Position numbers and translations under genes: made by a program. A DNA stretch of 64,000 nucleotides from a virus. The stretch spans positions 1 to 64,000 of the IMG/VR virus record IMGVR_UViG_3300021962_007571. The stretch is one strand, 5' to 3'. A model generated the notes under the pieces. It was not told the origin of the DNA. It searched no databases and saw only the letters and a list, made by a program, of their open reading frames with translations. This document shows, in pieces, positions 32,096-41,996 of the stretch; within the stretch, counting starts at the first letter, position 1, and every line of letters starts with the position of its first letter.

Positions 32096-32126
32096 ATAAA
32101 AAATCCCCCAAGTTAGTTGGGGGATT
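32096..32126 (-). terminator. Intrinsic terminator after the collagen-like gene
   Basis: Minus strand ATCCCCCAA-CTAAC-TTGGGGGAT followed by TTTTT. Confidence 0.8.
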
Positions 32127-32150
32127 GTCAAATATTGTGTGATGTTATTT

Positions 32151-33008
32151 TTAATATATTTTATTTAACACAAATATGTCAGAGTATATTGAATTTAAAG
32201 CACTATTACTACTAAATTCTACTGTAACATCTAACGTATTTGAAACCGTGGTATTAAATGTTGTGTTATTAACCGTATTAAAGGCAAAACCTTCAGGTGC
32301 CGCATTAGATTGCTTTGTGGTATGAAATACTCCAAGGGACACAATTTCTCCAACTCCAGCAACACCTGTGTTTCTAATTGTGAAATTTATTGAGAATTGC
32401 CATACGTCATTTACCGCACCATTCATATTTTGAAGTCCACTATCAGCTAAAACAACTGAACCTGCTTTAACTCGTATTCTAATATCGTCGCCATTTCTTG
32501 ATGATAACAAACCTCCAAAATCGGCTCTAAAACTATCTCCAATTTGGAATTGGTTAGGCCCTACAGTAAGGGTACCTACACCACCATTGATTATTGATGA
32601 TTCTACAGTTGTGGCACTTACCACAACACTGTTACCTGTTTGAGAAAATAAACCATATACCGTAGGGAATGGTGCTGGTGGAGCAGATGTTCCTGAAGAA
32701 CCGCTAGTACCACTAGTTCCATCAGTACCTGAAGTACCACTAGTTCCATCAGTACCTGAAGTACCACTAGTTCCATCAGTACCTGAAGTACCACTAATAC
32801 CATCTGTTCCAGAATTTCCTGAAGTCCCACTAGTACCATTATTACCTGAAATACCACTAGTACCTGAAGTCCCATTTTGAGTTACCGCAGAAAAAGGTAT
32901 TGACTCAGTTTGTCCTGAAGCTACAGTATTGTAGTTTACGATAACCATCAAAGAATCTGAATATCCTGTGGTCGCTTTTGGTAATAATGATATTGGTAAA
33001 TCCGCCAT
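32151..33008 (-). CDS. Collagen-like fibre protein with a C-terminal beta-sandwich (BclA/C1q-like architecture)
   Basis: 21 contiguous Gly-X-Y triplets followed by a ~170 aa beta-rich domain. Confidence 0.7.
   Translation of the reverse strand: MADLPISLLPKATTGYSDSLMVIVNYNTVASGQTESIPFSAVTQNGTSGTSGISGNNGTSGTSGNSGTDGISGTSGTDGTSGTSGTDGTSGTSGTDGTSGTSGSSGTSAPPAPFPTVYGLFSQTGNSVVVSATTVESSIINGGVGTLTVGPNQFQIGDSFRADFGGLLSSRNGDDIRIRVKAGSVVLADSGLQNMNGAVNDVWQFSINFTIRNTGVAGVGEIVSLGVFHTTKQSNAAPEGFAFNTVNNTTFNTTVSNTLDVTVEFSSNSALNSIYSDIFVLNKIY
32685..32873 (-). repeat. Gly-X-Y collagen repeat (27-bp GTSGTSGTD units)
   Basis: Tandem gtaccactagttccatcagtacctgaa units. Confidence 0.9.
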
Positions 33009-33016
33009 TGTATTTT

Positions 33017-33274
33017 TTATTTTTTATTTAATTCCATATAATATTGTAAACCTGACTTGTTATTAGGTACAATATTATCATCATTTAATTCGTTACTACC
33101 TAAATAAACAATCTCTTTTTCGATTGTGTAAAGGTCTAAGAATTTAGTTGTTTTTTTAATTTCTGTTTTAAAATCGGCAACTTTGATGTTGTCGTTTAAA
33201 TCAAGCGAAGTAACGTAATTTTGTATGTTACCCTCACCTTTTAGTTTTACTGTTATTTGTGTTTGATATCTCAT
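33017..33274 (-). CDS. Ubiquitin-like (beta-grasp) protein
   Basis: QITVK/LDLNDNIKVADFKTEI/IVYLGSNELNDD align by eye with ubiquitin QIFVK/LEVEPSDTIENVKAKI/LIFAGKQLEDG. Confidence 0.45.
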   Translation of the reverse strand: MRYQTQITVKLKGEGNIQNYVTSLDLNDNIKVADFKTEIKKTTKFLDLYTIEKEIVYLGSNELNDDNIVPNNKSGLQYYMELNKK

Positions 33275-33275
33275 A

Positions 33276-35327
33276 TTAGTCCCACCATATGTAATCGTTT
33301 ATCATATCCCAACTGGTATATTCATTGTCTATTGTAATTTGTTTTACTTCATCATTAGAAATCATAGTTAATAGATATTGACCATCAATATTATTTTTTA
33401 CAACATATCTATCTTTAACTGCGTAAACATCGTTCCAATAATCATCTTCAATAAGAGTACTATTTAATAGTGCCCCGTTAAAATTGTATAGATTAACTCT
33501 TAAATTATCGGAGTTAGTAAGGTAAACATATAAGAAGTTATCTTTACCAATTCTTAAATCTCTTTCACCAAAATCTTCAGGTAAAGTAAATTGATTACTT
33601 ATTGAATCTTTAGTTAAAACTCTAGCGGTTGAATTTTGAGAATTATATAAAAGAATATTTGAATTTGTAGAATAGTATTCTTGAGTGTAATAATTAGTTG
33701 ATGTATTAATATCATTATACACTTCTGTTTGTGTATACCCTGTTACTTGGTTATTAACATAGTAACCATCCTCGTAATTAGTCATATAAAAAGTTCCATA
33801 ACTTGTTGAAATATTATACCAACTAGGTATTGGAAATCCTAATGAATCGACTAATTCACCGTTTAAGAATAATCTATGGTTAGCGTATGAGTCACCATCG
33901 GTAGTGTAACTATAATTAAAATAATCACCAAACCAATTAGTATTCCATCCGTTTATATCATTATAACTTACATTTGTTGATGTGATATTAACACCATTTT
34001 CAGTTATTGAGAAAACCGATGAATTAGTGTCACCTGTCGAACATATTGTATAAAAAGTCTTATTTCCCCAAGAATAAGGATAAAAAGTTTTATCATTTGA
34101 ACCGCTATTTTGGAAAGTATAGGTTGTAAGTTCGGTTTGATTTTCTAATCTATAAATAATATCTAAATAACTAACTTCATATCCACCACCTGTGTAATAA
34201 TTCCCCGTACCGTTATATAAGATAATAAAAATACCTCCAGAAGGAACATCGTCAGGATAAAATTTTGTTTCGTACTGAGTTGTTATATTAGTATAATTAT
34301 TACCTCTTACGTGGGTTGTTGATGAAACGTAATCAGTAACACCGTTATAATTATTAATTAAATAATCAATATTATCATCATCACTATTCCACATAGTAAT
34401 GTTAAATGATTTATCACCATACCATTGAAAATACCACTGATTGTATGTGTTTGGTATTATTAATAAATCAGACTTTACTGTAAGTGACGTGTCGTAAATT
34501 TTTAGAGAACTAAGTGTATTATTACTTATCAAATAAGATAATTCGTAAAAATAATTTGACGAATAATACGTACCATAATATCTTTGTTCAATAGTATAGT
34601 CCCAACTATTAATTAATTCGGTAGAACCATTATTATTGACTTTATATGAATATGCCGTGTTATTGTCATTATTATAAATTACGAAAAAGAATGAACCGTC
34701 TTGACAAGTTCCGTCCCAATCCCATTGAATATCTAAACTTTCATAATTTGAGTCAAATGTATATTGATAAACTGATTTACCGTTAAACCAATAAAATAAC
34801 CCTCCATCAGGGTCTTGGAAATAAACAATTCTACCATCTATTATACCAGAATTAGAGTCAAAGGTAGTTGCACTGAATTGTTCAACAACATTCCCATTAA
34901 CATCAATAAACAATGATAAACGTTCAGTATAACCATCATTACGAAAATCTAATAAACAACCACTTTCAGATAATGGATACCAGTTGTTGATATTCCAATA
35001 TGTCGTATCAACACCTAAATCTATAATTTCAGCGGTAAAGTCGTTAAAGTTTAAGAACCCTAAACTAAAAGTTGTTTGACCTGAAACATTACCTAATTGC
35101 ATATAATTTTGGTTTTGTCCGTAAGGCTCTGAAACTGTTAATGTATAAACATAATCGTATGTTGTTGATGAAATAGTATACTCACCATAAGGTAATTCAC
35201 TATAATAATTGAAAGGTATTGTCTTAATACCTAAGTCAATTGGTGTTCCACCTGTCATTGGTTGGAACGTAACATTTGCGGTCTGTCCCGATAAATTATT
35301 ACTTGTTATTCTAACTCCTATAGCCAT
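33276..35327 (-). CDS. Tyr/Asn/Thr-rich beta-structured virion protein
   Basis: 683 aa, aromatic-rich with a beta-strand-like pattern; upstream TATTTAT motif. Confidence 0.5.
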   Translation of the reverse strand: MAIGVRITSNNLSGQTANVTFQPMTGGTPIDLGIKTIPFNYYSELPYGEYTISSTTYDYVYTLTVSEPYGQNQNYMQLGNVSGQTTFSLGFLNFNDFTAEIIDLGVDTTYWNINNWYPLSESGCLLDFRNDGYTERLSLFIDVNGNVVEQFSATTFDSNSGIIDGRIVYFQDPDGGLFYWFNGKSVYQYTFDSNYESLDIQWDWDGTCQDGSFFFVIYNNDNNTAYSYKVNNNGSTELINSWDYTIEQRYYGTYYSSNYFYELSYLISNNTLSSLKIYDTSLTVKSDLLIIPNTYNQWYFQWYGDKSFNITMWNSDDDNIDYLINNYNGVTDYVSSTTHVRGNNYTNITTQYETKFYPDDVPSGGIFIILYNGTGNYYTGGGYEVSYLDIIYRLENQTELTTYTFQNSGSNDKTFYPYSWGNKTFYTICSTGDTNSSVFSITENGVNITSTNVSYNDINGWNTNWFGDYFNYSYTTDGDSYANHRLFLNGELVDSLGFPIPSWYNISTSYGTFYMTNYEDGYYVNNQVTGYTQTEVYNDINTSTNYYTQEYYSTNSNILLYNSQNSTARVLTKDSISNQFTLPEDFGERDLRIGKDNFLYVYLTNSDNLRVNLYNFNGALLNSTLIEDDYWNDVYAVKDRYVVKNNIDGQYLLTMISNDEVKQITIDNEYTSWDMINDYIWWD

Positions 35328-35368
35328 TTTATTTTTTTATTTATAAATATCAATTGATATTATTTAGT

Positions 35369-38300
35369 TTATTGTATTAACCATTTATTTTTAAGATATA
35401 ACGTTAACGTTGATAATTCTGTTGGTGATAACGCCCTACTATAAGCTAAAACGTCAAATAAAAATCCGTTTAAATAGAACTGAGCAACTCCCGCGGGAGC
35501 CCCTGTGTAGGAAACACCTAAGAACATATATGTAATTAATGATGAAGTTAATGTCCCTACATTTGAAGAAAAAGTTAATGATTGTTGAACCCCATTAATA
35601 TAGAATTTAAGTCTATCAATATTTGTTAATCCTCCACCATCAAACACTAATGTTAATATACGAGCATCATTATTTACAATCCCACCGCTAGCAAAACCAT
35701 TAGCAATGGCCACATTATATGTACCTCCACTTTGTCTAATGTAAGACGCGTTTAATCCTGTATTACCATCTTCACCTCCTTGGATATATTGTTGTGTGGT
35801 GCCAGTATTTAATGTTTTAGCAACTAATACTAAAGTCTGACCTGATTTGGATGATAAATCAGTTAATGGGTTAACACTTAAACCGTCCGAGGTACCATTA
35901 AAGTAAACCCCACCTAAACCATTTTGTATATTACTCCACCATTCAGGTGCAGGTACAGGTCCTCCGCCAATAGGGTTTGCGTTATGTGCGGAAGACGATG
36001 AGTCAGTCCATTGAGTAAATGTACTTCCACTTGTTGGTACTGGATTAAAATATGATGATAAATCACCTTGATAATATATTTCTAGTGTAGGGTCAGATGG
36101 AGGTGGTGGAGGTACTGGAGTCGGAGTAGGGGTTGGAGTCGGAGTAGGGGTTGGAGTTGATGTAGGTGTTGGTGTTGGAGGTATTGGGGTAGGTGTTGGT
36201 ATTGGCGTTTCAGTAGATGTAGGTATTGGCGTTTCAGTAGATGTTGGTGTAGGTATTGGCGTTTCAGTAGATGTTGGTGTAGGTATTGGCGTTTCAGTAG
36301 ATGTAGGTATTGGCGTTTCAGTAGATGTAGGTATTGGCGTTTCAGTAGATGTTGGTGTAGGTATTGGCGTTTCAGTAGATGTAGGTATTGGCGTTTCAGT
36401 AGATGTTGGTGTAGGTGTTGGCCCTACTAATAACTCATACCAAATACAAACAGGTTCTCCCTCAATAAAATCAACAGGTGAAGGTTGGATTAATACTAAT
36501 GGGGACGTTCCAGGATTAATACCTCCGTTTATTAAACCACCGAATTCATTTGAGAATGAAAATGGGTTACCTTGATAAATTGCGGTATTTTCATTTTGAC
36601 TAAAATAGATTAAATAATTGTTTGTTAATAATTGTATATAATAATCATATAAATTATTCCCCTCATTATCTATAAAATTAAAATCAACTCCGTTTATATC
36701 AAAAGTATTTGGATTTAATATTCCTTGACCAGTCCCAAGATTTGAAAATTCAGGAAATATTATATTACCCTCTGTTGGGTAAAAATAAGGTAATGTTATT
36801 AAATTAAAACATCCGCCAGTTACTACTAAAAATTCAGGTATAAAATCATTGTTAGGTATTATTTCAGAACCTAATCCATCGTTTGGTATGTGATTGTCGT
36901 AGAAATCATTAAATGGAATATAACCTCCATTTAAATCATTATTAGGAATATACCCACCATTTAAATCGTTATTAGGAATATACCCACCATTTAAATCGTT
37001 ATTAGGAATATATTCTACATTTAAATCATTATCTAATATATTGTCACTATCAATATCATTATTTGGTATGATTAAATAATTGATATCGTTTGGAGGTGTA
37101 GAGTTACATTGTATGATTAGCTTATCACCATTTTCTTGTAAAACATAAAAACCATTTTCTTGTAATAAAAAACAATTTTCAATAGGAGTTGGTGTTGCAG
37201 TAGGTGTCGGAGTTGGTGTCGGAGTTGGTGTTATCGTAGGTGTAGGTGTCGGAGTTGGTGTTGGAGTTGGTATTATCGTAGTAGTAGTTGTAGTAAATGG
37301 ATTGGTAGTAGTAGTTGTAGTAAATGGATTGGTAGTAGTAGTTGTAGTAAATGGATTGGTAGTCGTAGTTGTGGTAAATGGATTGGTAGTCGTAGTTGTA
37401 GTAAATGGATTAGTGGTTGTAGTTGTGGTAAATGGATTAGTGGTTGTGGTCGTAATGATAACATCACAATCAGGACAATCAGGATTAAATAAATCAAAAG
37501 TATCTTTTAATAATAAGAAATTGTGTTTAACCTCATCGGCAGATAAAGGTTCAGTATACATTCTAAATTGCGTTATACCACCATCAAAAGAACCTGCAAA
37601 ATTTTGTTCAATTAATATGTGTGTTGTTAGCGCAGATAATGATGTACCACTTAATATATTATTAGGAAAACACTCAGGGTCTTGTTGATATGTTAGTCCT
37701 GTTAATGTTTCAGGACAACCTGTGAATGTTAAGTTATTATGTAATCCTTGTGTACCACCACCCCAAGATATATTGTAAGGAACACCAACCTGTCTTTCTT
37801 TTTCCGTATCAAGACCTCTTGGAATAATTTCTTCAATATTTTCAAAAATGTAAAATACTCGTCCATTAACATAAACTTTTATTCTACCTTGTCTATATTC
37901 TTTTTCAATTAACCATCTTTCATTAAGTTTAACCACCTCTATTTTTTCAGGAGGGGTAGAACCACTACTAGTTACTGGCGGCTCAATTAACTTAACTGAT
38001 TCATTAAGTAATGAAAACAAATAAGGGTTAGTTGATATTAAACCTAGACCCCCTTTATACCAAAGGTCACAAGTGTCTAACCAAGTATACCTTTCCCATA
38101 CCAAATCTAACTGTACCCAATGTTCTTGACTTAAAAACGCAGGATTTATTTGTGCACAAAAATCGTAAATTCCTTTAGGTGTACATAAATTCTCGACAGT
38201 ATATCCTGTTTGATAAGTTATTCCTGTCGTTGAACAAGTTCCTGTTGTAACACAATCACCAGTAAAACGTAAAATTCTAACACCTATTTGAGGGTTATGT

Positions 38301-39346
38301 GGGTCACCACAAAGTTTAAACGCCAAGGCATTTGACATTGAATCAAATAAAGGGTCTTTATCAGGTTCAATTTTTGTATCAATAGTTGCGGCACACCCAC
38401 AATTACAATTTAGACCGTGAGAAACTATTTCATTTGTTGGTTGGTATACTTCAATACAAGACGAATTAGTAACTCCTGTATCAGAACAAGCACAAGTTTT
38501 TAAACACGTTAAAGTTTCAGTAACTCTAGTGTAACCTGTATCAGATACAGGACTTCCACTTGCGTGGTGATAAAATTTATTTTCAGCTCTTGTACCTAAA
38601 TAAAAGAAAATATCTTTGTTATTGGGATAAAAGTTATTTAGTGTCGTTTGACCTATTGGTGGATTATATTCATCAACAAATCTTGGTTTTAATAACAACT
38701 CAACGGTCCAACCTTTATTAACCCTTTCAGGATATAAAGTGTAGTCATACCCAAATAACTTATAAAATCCTTGGTAAAACCCTCCGTATAACTCGTGATA
38801 AACTCCGACCTTAGGGTCTTGTTTTGAAACTATATTATATGATATGTCTAAAGGTAATCCTGAAAATCTAATATTTGGAGATTGGGTATATCCTGTAACT
38901 TGGTGTAATTTTAATCTTCTGTCAAAATATAATCGTTCAAACTTTAAAAAGTCTGAGAACAATCCCTCAGTTACCGTAATTGTTTGTCCTGTCATTTCAG
39001 ACACCAAACCATTATCAATACCCGTCAAACCAATATCACATATAGTTTTTGCGGTATAACAATTTAAATCAATATTATTAGGGTTATAATAATTTGATGA
39101 AACTAAGTTGTTATACTGATTATATTGGTTAAATGTCAAAACAAATAACTCACTATTATCAGGATTATTTAAATCAAAACTAAATGGTAACCTATTTCCG
39201 TCATTTTCGGCAATTAGGTTTGGGGAAAAGATTACCTCCTCCTTATAGTCCCTCTCATCGGATGCCAAAGAAAAATCTTGTATTTCCGACTTATTTAGGA
39301 GATACCACTTATTAAAATTATATTGGTTTATATTTTGATATGCCAT
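35369..39346 (-). CDS. Large virion surface protein with LamG/ConA-like domains and mucin-like stalks
   Basis: FDGGITQFRMYTEPLS and FLFDVLAYSRALSPTE are LamG-type C-termini; Thr/Pro repeats lie between them. Confidence 0.7.
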   Translation of the reverse strand: MAYQNINQYNFNKWYLLNKSEIQDFSLASDERDYKEEVIFSPNLIAENDGNRLPFSFDLNNPDNSELFVLTFNQYNQYNNLVSSNYYNPNNIDLNCYTAKTICDIGLTGIDNGLVSEMTGQTITVTEGLFSDFLKFERLYFDRRLKLHQVTGYTQSPNIRFSGLPLDISYNIVSKQDPKVGVYHELYGGFYQGFYKLFGYDYTLYPERVNKGWTVELLLKPRFVDEYNPPIGQTTLNNFYPNNKDIFFYLGTRAENKFYHHASGSPVSDTGYTRVTETLTCLKTCACSDTGVTNSSCIEVYQPTNEIVSHGLNCNCGCAATIDTKIEPDKDPLFDSMSNALAFKLCGDPHNPQIGVRILRFTGDCVTTGTCSTTGITYQTGYTVENLCTPKGIYDFCAQINPAFLSQEHWVQLDLVWERYTWLDTCDLWYKGGLGLISTNPYLFSLLNESVKLIEPPVTSSGSTPPEKIEVVKLNERWLIEKEYRQGRIKVYVNGRVFYIFENIEEIIPRGLDTEKERQVGVPYNISWGGGTQGLHNNLTFTGCPETLTGLTYQQDPECFPNNILSGTSLSALTTHILIEQNFAGSFDGGITQFRMYTEPLSADEVKHNFLLLKDTFDLFNPDCPDCDVIITTTTTNPFTTTTTTNPFTTTTTTNPFTTTTTTNPFTTTTTTNPFTTTTTTNPFTTTTTTIIPTPTPTPTPTPTITPTPTPTPTPTATPTPIENCFLLQENGFYVLQENGDKLIIQCNSTPPNDINYLIIPNNDIDSDNILDNDLNVEYIPNNDLNGGYIPNNDLNGGYIPNNDLNGGYIPFNDFYDNHIPNDGLGSEIIPNNDFIPEFLVVTGGCFNLITLPYFYPTEGNIIFPEFSNLGTGQGILNPNTFDINGVDFNFIDNEGNNLYDYYIQLLTNNYLIYFSQNENTAIYQGNPFSFSNEFGGLINGGINPGTSPLVLIQPSPVDFIEGEPVCIWYELLVGPTPTPTSTETPIPTSTETPIPTPTSTETPIPTSTETPIPTSTETPIPTPTSTETPIPTPTSTETPIPTSTETPIPTPTPIPPTPTPTSTPTPTPTPTPTPTPVPPPPPSDPTLEIYYQGDLSSYFNPVPTSGSTFTQWTDSSSSAHNANPIGGGPVPAPEWWSNIQNGLGGVYFNGTSDGLSVNPLTDLSSKSGQTLVLVAKTLNTGTTQQYIQGGEDGNTGLNASYIRQSGGTYNVAIANGFASGGIVNNDARILTLVFDGGGLTNIDRLKFYINGVQQSLTFSSNVGTLTSSLITYMFLGVSYTGAPAGVAQFYLNGFLFDVLAYSRALSPTELSTLTLYLKNKWLIQ
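36100..36422 (-). repeat. PT / PTSTETPI tandem repeats
   Basis: 24/30-bp units gtaggtattggcgtttcagtagat(gttggt). Confidence 0.9.
36843..37075 (-). repeat. IPNND(L) acidic repeats (30-bp units)
   Basis: YIPNNDLNGG repeated, plus degenerate copies. Confidence 0.85.
37186..37452 (-). repeat. (TTTTTTNPF)n followed by (PT)n
   Basis: About 6-7 tandem Thr-run-NPF units, then a PT dipeptide run. Confidence 0.9.
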
Positions 39347-39395
39347 AATACATTGATAAATACTTTGTTCGCAGTATTTATATATAAAAACTAAA

Positions 39396-40253
39396 ATGGT
39401 AGAAACTAATAAAGAGTATTTTTTCAGTCCTTACTATTTTTTCATATCTGAAAAACACGATAAAATATCGTTATACTATTCTATTGCCGAAACTTTAACC
39501 GAATCAAGAAAAAATGACGATAAGTTAGATTTTGATAAAAAAGATTTGGATAAAGTAAAAAAAGGTGTGTCTAATATATTAAAAGACAAAAAAATCAAAA
39601 CTAAAAGTAACATTAAAAAATATTTTGATAAACTTAACAAGGGTAAAGAAGAAATCGAAGAATTGGTTGATTCTGACGGAACTCTTGTAAGTTCAAGAAT
39701 ACCCCCTCTTAATATGGGATTGGCACCTAAGAAGACTACCGACCAAACAGTAGTTATGGGTAGAATGACAAATAACCCCGTAACTAGAGGTTATAGAAAA
39801 TACTATGGTGAATCTGAAGAATCAGAAGATAATGTAGTTAATGAAGTTGATTACTCAGAAGCTTTTGGTTACGAAGAAACTAAAGATATGGATGGAGAAG
39901 AAACGTTCAAATATTTAGTTAAAAAAATGGGTATGGAACCTGATGAAGCTAAAGACAGAACTAAACAATTTGGAAAAGACCCATCAGGTAAAAGGACAAA
40001 AAACGCACCTAAACAAATTAGAAACAAAAAAGGATTTATCGATAGAATGACTTTATCTGAAATTGAAAGACAAAAGATGATGGACATTTTAGATGAAATT
40101 ATTTTGAATAAAAAAAGTGGTGATGGTGAGTTGGGAGAGAAAGACAGTAAAGTTTCCAAGATAATTAAAAAAAATATCGAGTCTTTAAAAAAGATGGCAG
40201 ATAAAGAAGGTCTTACCATAAATCAAATAATTAAAATGTTAAAAAGTGAATAA
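39396..40253 (+). CDS. Hypothetical Lys/Glu-rich protein, candidate internal head protein
   Basis: TATTTAT upstream; LTE, IEE and VNE sites. Confidence 0.5.
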   Translation: MVETNKEYFFSPYYFFISEKHDKISLYYSIAETLTESRKNDDKLDFDKKDLDKVKKGVSNILKDKKIKTKSNIKKYFDKLNKGKEEIEELVDSDGTLVSSRIPPLNMGLAPKKTTDQTVVMGRMTNNPVTRGYRKYYGESEESEDNVVNEVDYSEAFGYEETKDMDGEETFKYLVKKMGMEPDEAKDRTKQFGKDPSGKRTKNAPKQIRNKKGFIDRMTLSEIERQKMMDILDEIILNKKSGDGELGEKDSKVSKIIKKNIESLKKMADKEGLTINQIIKMLKSE

Positions 40254-40671
40254 TCAGTTATACGGAAAAAAATATGAAATTCCTGAAACTATTTTGAATC
40301 ACTTAAATAATCATTCAGGGGAAGAGACTATTGATAACCTTTTAAAGTCTCCTGAAAATGGTATTTCATATTCTTTACTTAAAAAAATAAAACATAGAAT
40401 GGAGAATGGTGAAAAACCTCAATTGGGTGGTGATACATTCTTAAATTGGATTAACAACACATTAACCTCAGATAGAAGCGGTGTAGAGATATCTAAACAA
40501 GCGAAGTCTGATGTATTGCCGAATTCTTATAATAAATCACCTAATGATGGAATTGATAGTTTAAAAAATATGAACCGACCATCAAAAAGTCATAGAAAAC
40601 ATATGACGGATGAACAAAGAATTACGGAAAATTTAAAAAGAATAAACGAATTAATTTCTAAAATAATATAA
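40246..40671 (+). CDS. Hypothetical protein
   Basis: Overlaps the previous gene; C-terminal ITENLKRINELI motif. Confidence 0.55.
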   Translation: MNNQLYGKKYEIPETILNHLNNHSGEETIDNLLKSPENGISYSLLKKIKHRMENGEKPQLGGDTFLNWINNTLTSDRSGVEISKQAKSDVLPNSYNKSPNDGIDSLKNMNRPSKSHRKHMTDEQRITENLKRINELISKII

Positions 40672-40673
40672 CT

Positions 40674-40964
40674 ATGGCACAACAAGAACCAATAGATTTA
40701 GCACAAACAGAAAACAATACTCTATCTGCAGTTGCTGAACAAGAAAGAAAAAAATTATTCCCAAGAAACGACTACAACACATCGAATAAATACTCTTCAG
40801 TTAATCCTGACGCATTAGCAACAGGTGACGAATTGGGTAAAGGTACTGGTGGTGATTTAGACGTTTATAATACTATCGCAGGTAGTAGTGTGGATAATAT
40901 TGAAAGAAAAAATGAAATAAAAATCAACAAATTTAACGCAAGTAAAACATATCCTGATTTTTAA
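40674..40964 (+). CDS. Hypothetical protein
   Basis: Tightly packed ORF in the operon. Confidence 0.55.
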   Translation: MAQQEPIDLAQTENNTLSAVAEQERKKLFPRNDYNTSNKYSSVNPDALATGDELGKGTGGDLDVYNTIAGSSVDNIERKNEIKINKFNASKTYPDF

Positions 40965-41371
40965 TGAAATTAATTAACACCATAAAAACAATAATATCTG
41001 AAGCGGCTACTATCGAAGATATTACAGATTCTATCAAAAATAGAAAAATCTGTATTATATACTATGATGGTGATGAACCTGGTGGTAGAGGGTTGCGTCA
41101 GATTGAACCTGTTTGTCTTGGTGTTAGTAAAGCGGGAAATAAAGTTTTAAGAGCTTGGGATGACGAAGGTTCTTCACATACCGCGTATAAAGGAGAACAA
41201 CCATTACCTGGTTGGAGATTATTCCGACTTGATAAAATTTTATCTTTAAAACCTACAGGAGAAATTTACAATCAGCCAAGACCTGGTTATAATTTTACAG
41301 GAGATAAAACAATGGCAAGTGTTATTATCAACGCAAAATTTAATAATCCACCAGAACAAAACGTAGCATAA
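40964..41371 (+). CDS. Stand-alone WYL-domain protein
   Basis: SIKNRKICIIYY...RQIEPVCLG...LRAW...WRLFRLDKI is the WYL signature. Confidence 0.8.
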   Translation: MKLINTIKTIISEAATIEDITDSIKNRKICIIYYDGDEPGGRGLRQIEPVCLGVSKAGNKVLRAWDDEGSSHTAYKGEQPLPGWRLFRLDKILSLKPTGEIYNQPRPGYNFTGDKTMASVIINAKFNNPPEQNVA

Positions 41372-41372
41372 T

Positions 41373-41945
41373 ATGAGTGATTTAATGTCTAAATTAGCAA
41401 TATCTAAAGCCATTATGGATAAACATAATGGGATTAACAGAGGAAGCGTTCCACAAGGAAACATACCGTCTATAAATCACCCCGAACTAAATGATTACTC
41501 CGCCCCTGAAGCCAAATATAACATACCTCAAGATATGTTACAGGAAACTCAACAGGTGAAACCTATGAATATGGAAATTCCATCTAAAGATAGAATTCTT
41601 AATTCTAAATTACCTGACGAGATTAAAAGATTAATGATTGAAAACCCAATCGAATCTAAAAACCCATTAATGGGTGGTGGTGGTTCAGTATTATCTGACG
41701 AGTTAGTTGAGAAAGCAACAAAACTTATGGGTAATTCAAAACCACAACAACAACCACAAAGACAATCTAAACCAATTACTGAAGACTCTAATTTAAGAAA
41801 AATGATGAAAGAAGTAGTTGAAGAGGTGTTAAAAGAAAATGGTCTAATAGTCGAATCGACTTCAAAAACCAATGATATTATGGTTATTAAAGTTGGTCAA
41901 CATTTATTTGAGGGTAAAATATCTAAGGTCAAAAAACTAAAATAA
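41373..41945 (+). CDS. Hypothetical protein
   Basis: Operonic ORF; ITE, LKE and IVE sites near the C-terminus. Confidence 0.55.
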   Translation: MSDLMSKLAISKAIMDKHNGINRGSVPQGNIPSINHPELNDYSAPEAKYNIPQDMLQETQQVKPMNMEIPSKDRILNSKLPDEIKRLMIENPIESKNPLMGGGGSVLSDELVEKATKLMGNSKPQQQPQRQSKPITEDSNLRKMMKEVVEEVLKENGLIVESTSKTNDIMVIKVGQHLFEGKISKVKKLK

Positions 41946-41996
41946 AACTTTCTTTCTTCGTATTTTTTTGTTATTCTTATATCAAACAATATTAGA

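Noticed and set aside
36100-37452. Tandem repeats as a CRISPR array or origin iterons
   Set aside because: Unit lengths are multiples of three, there are no unique spacers, and they are in-frame coding repeats.
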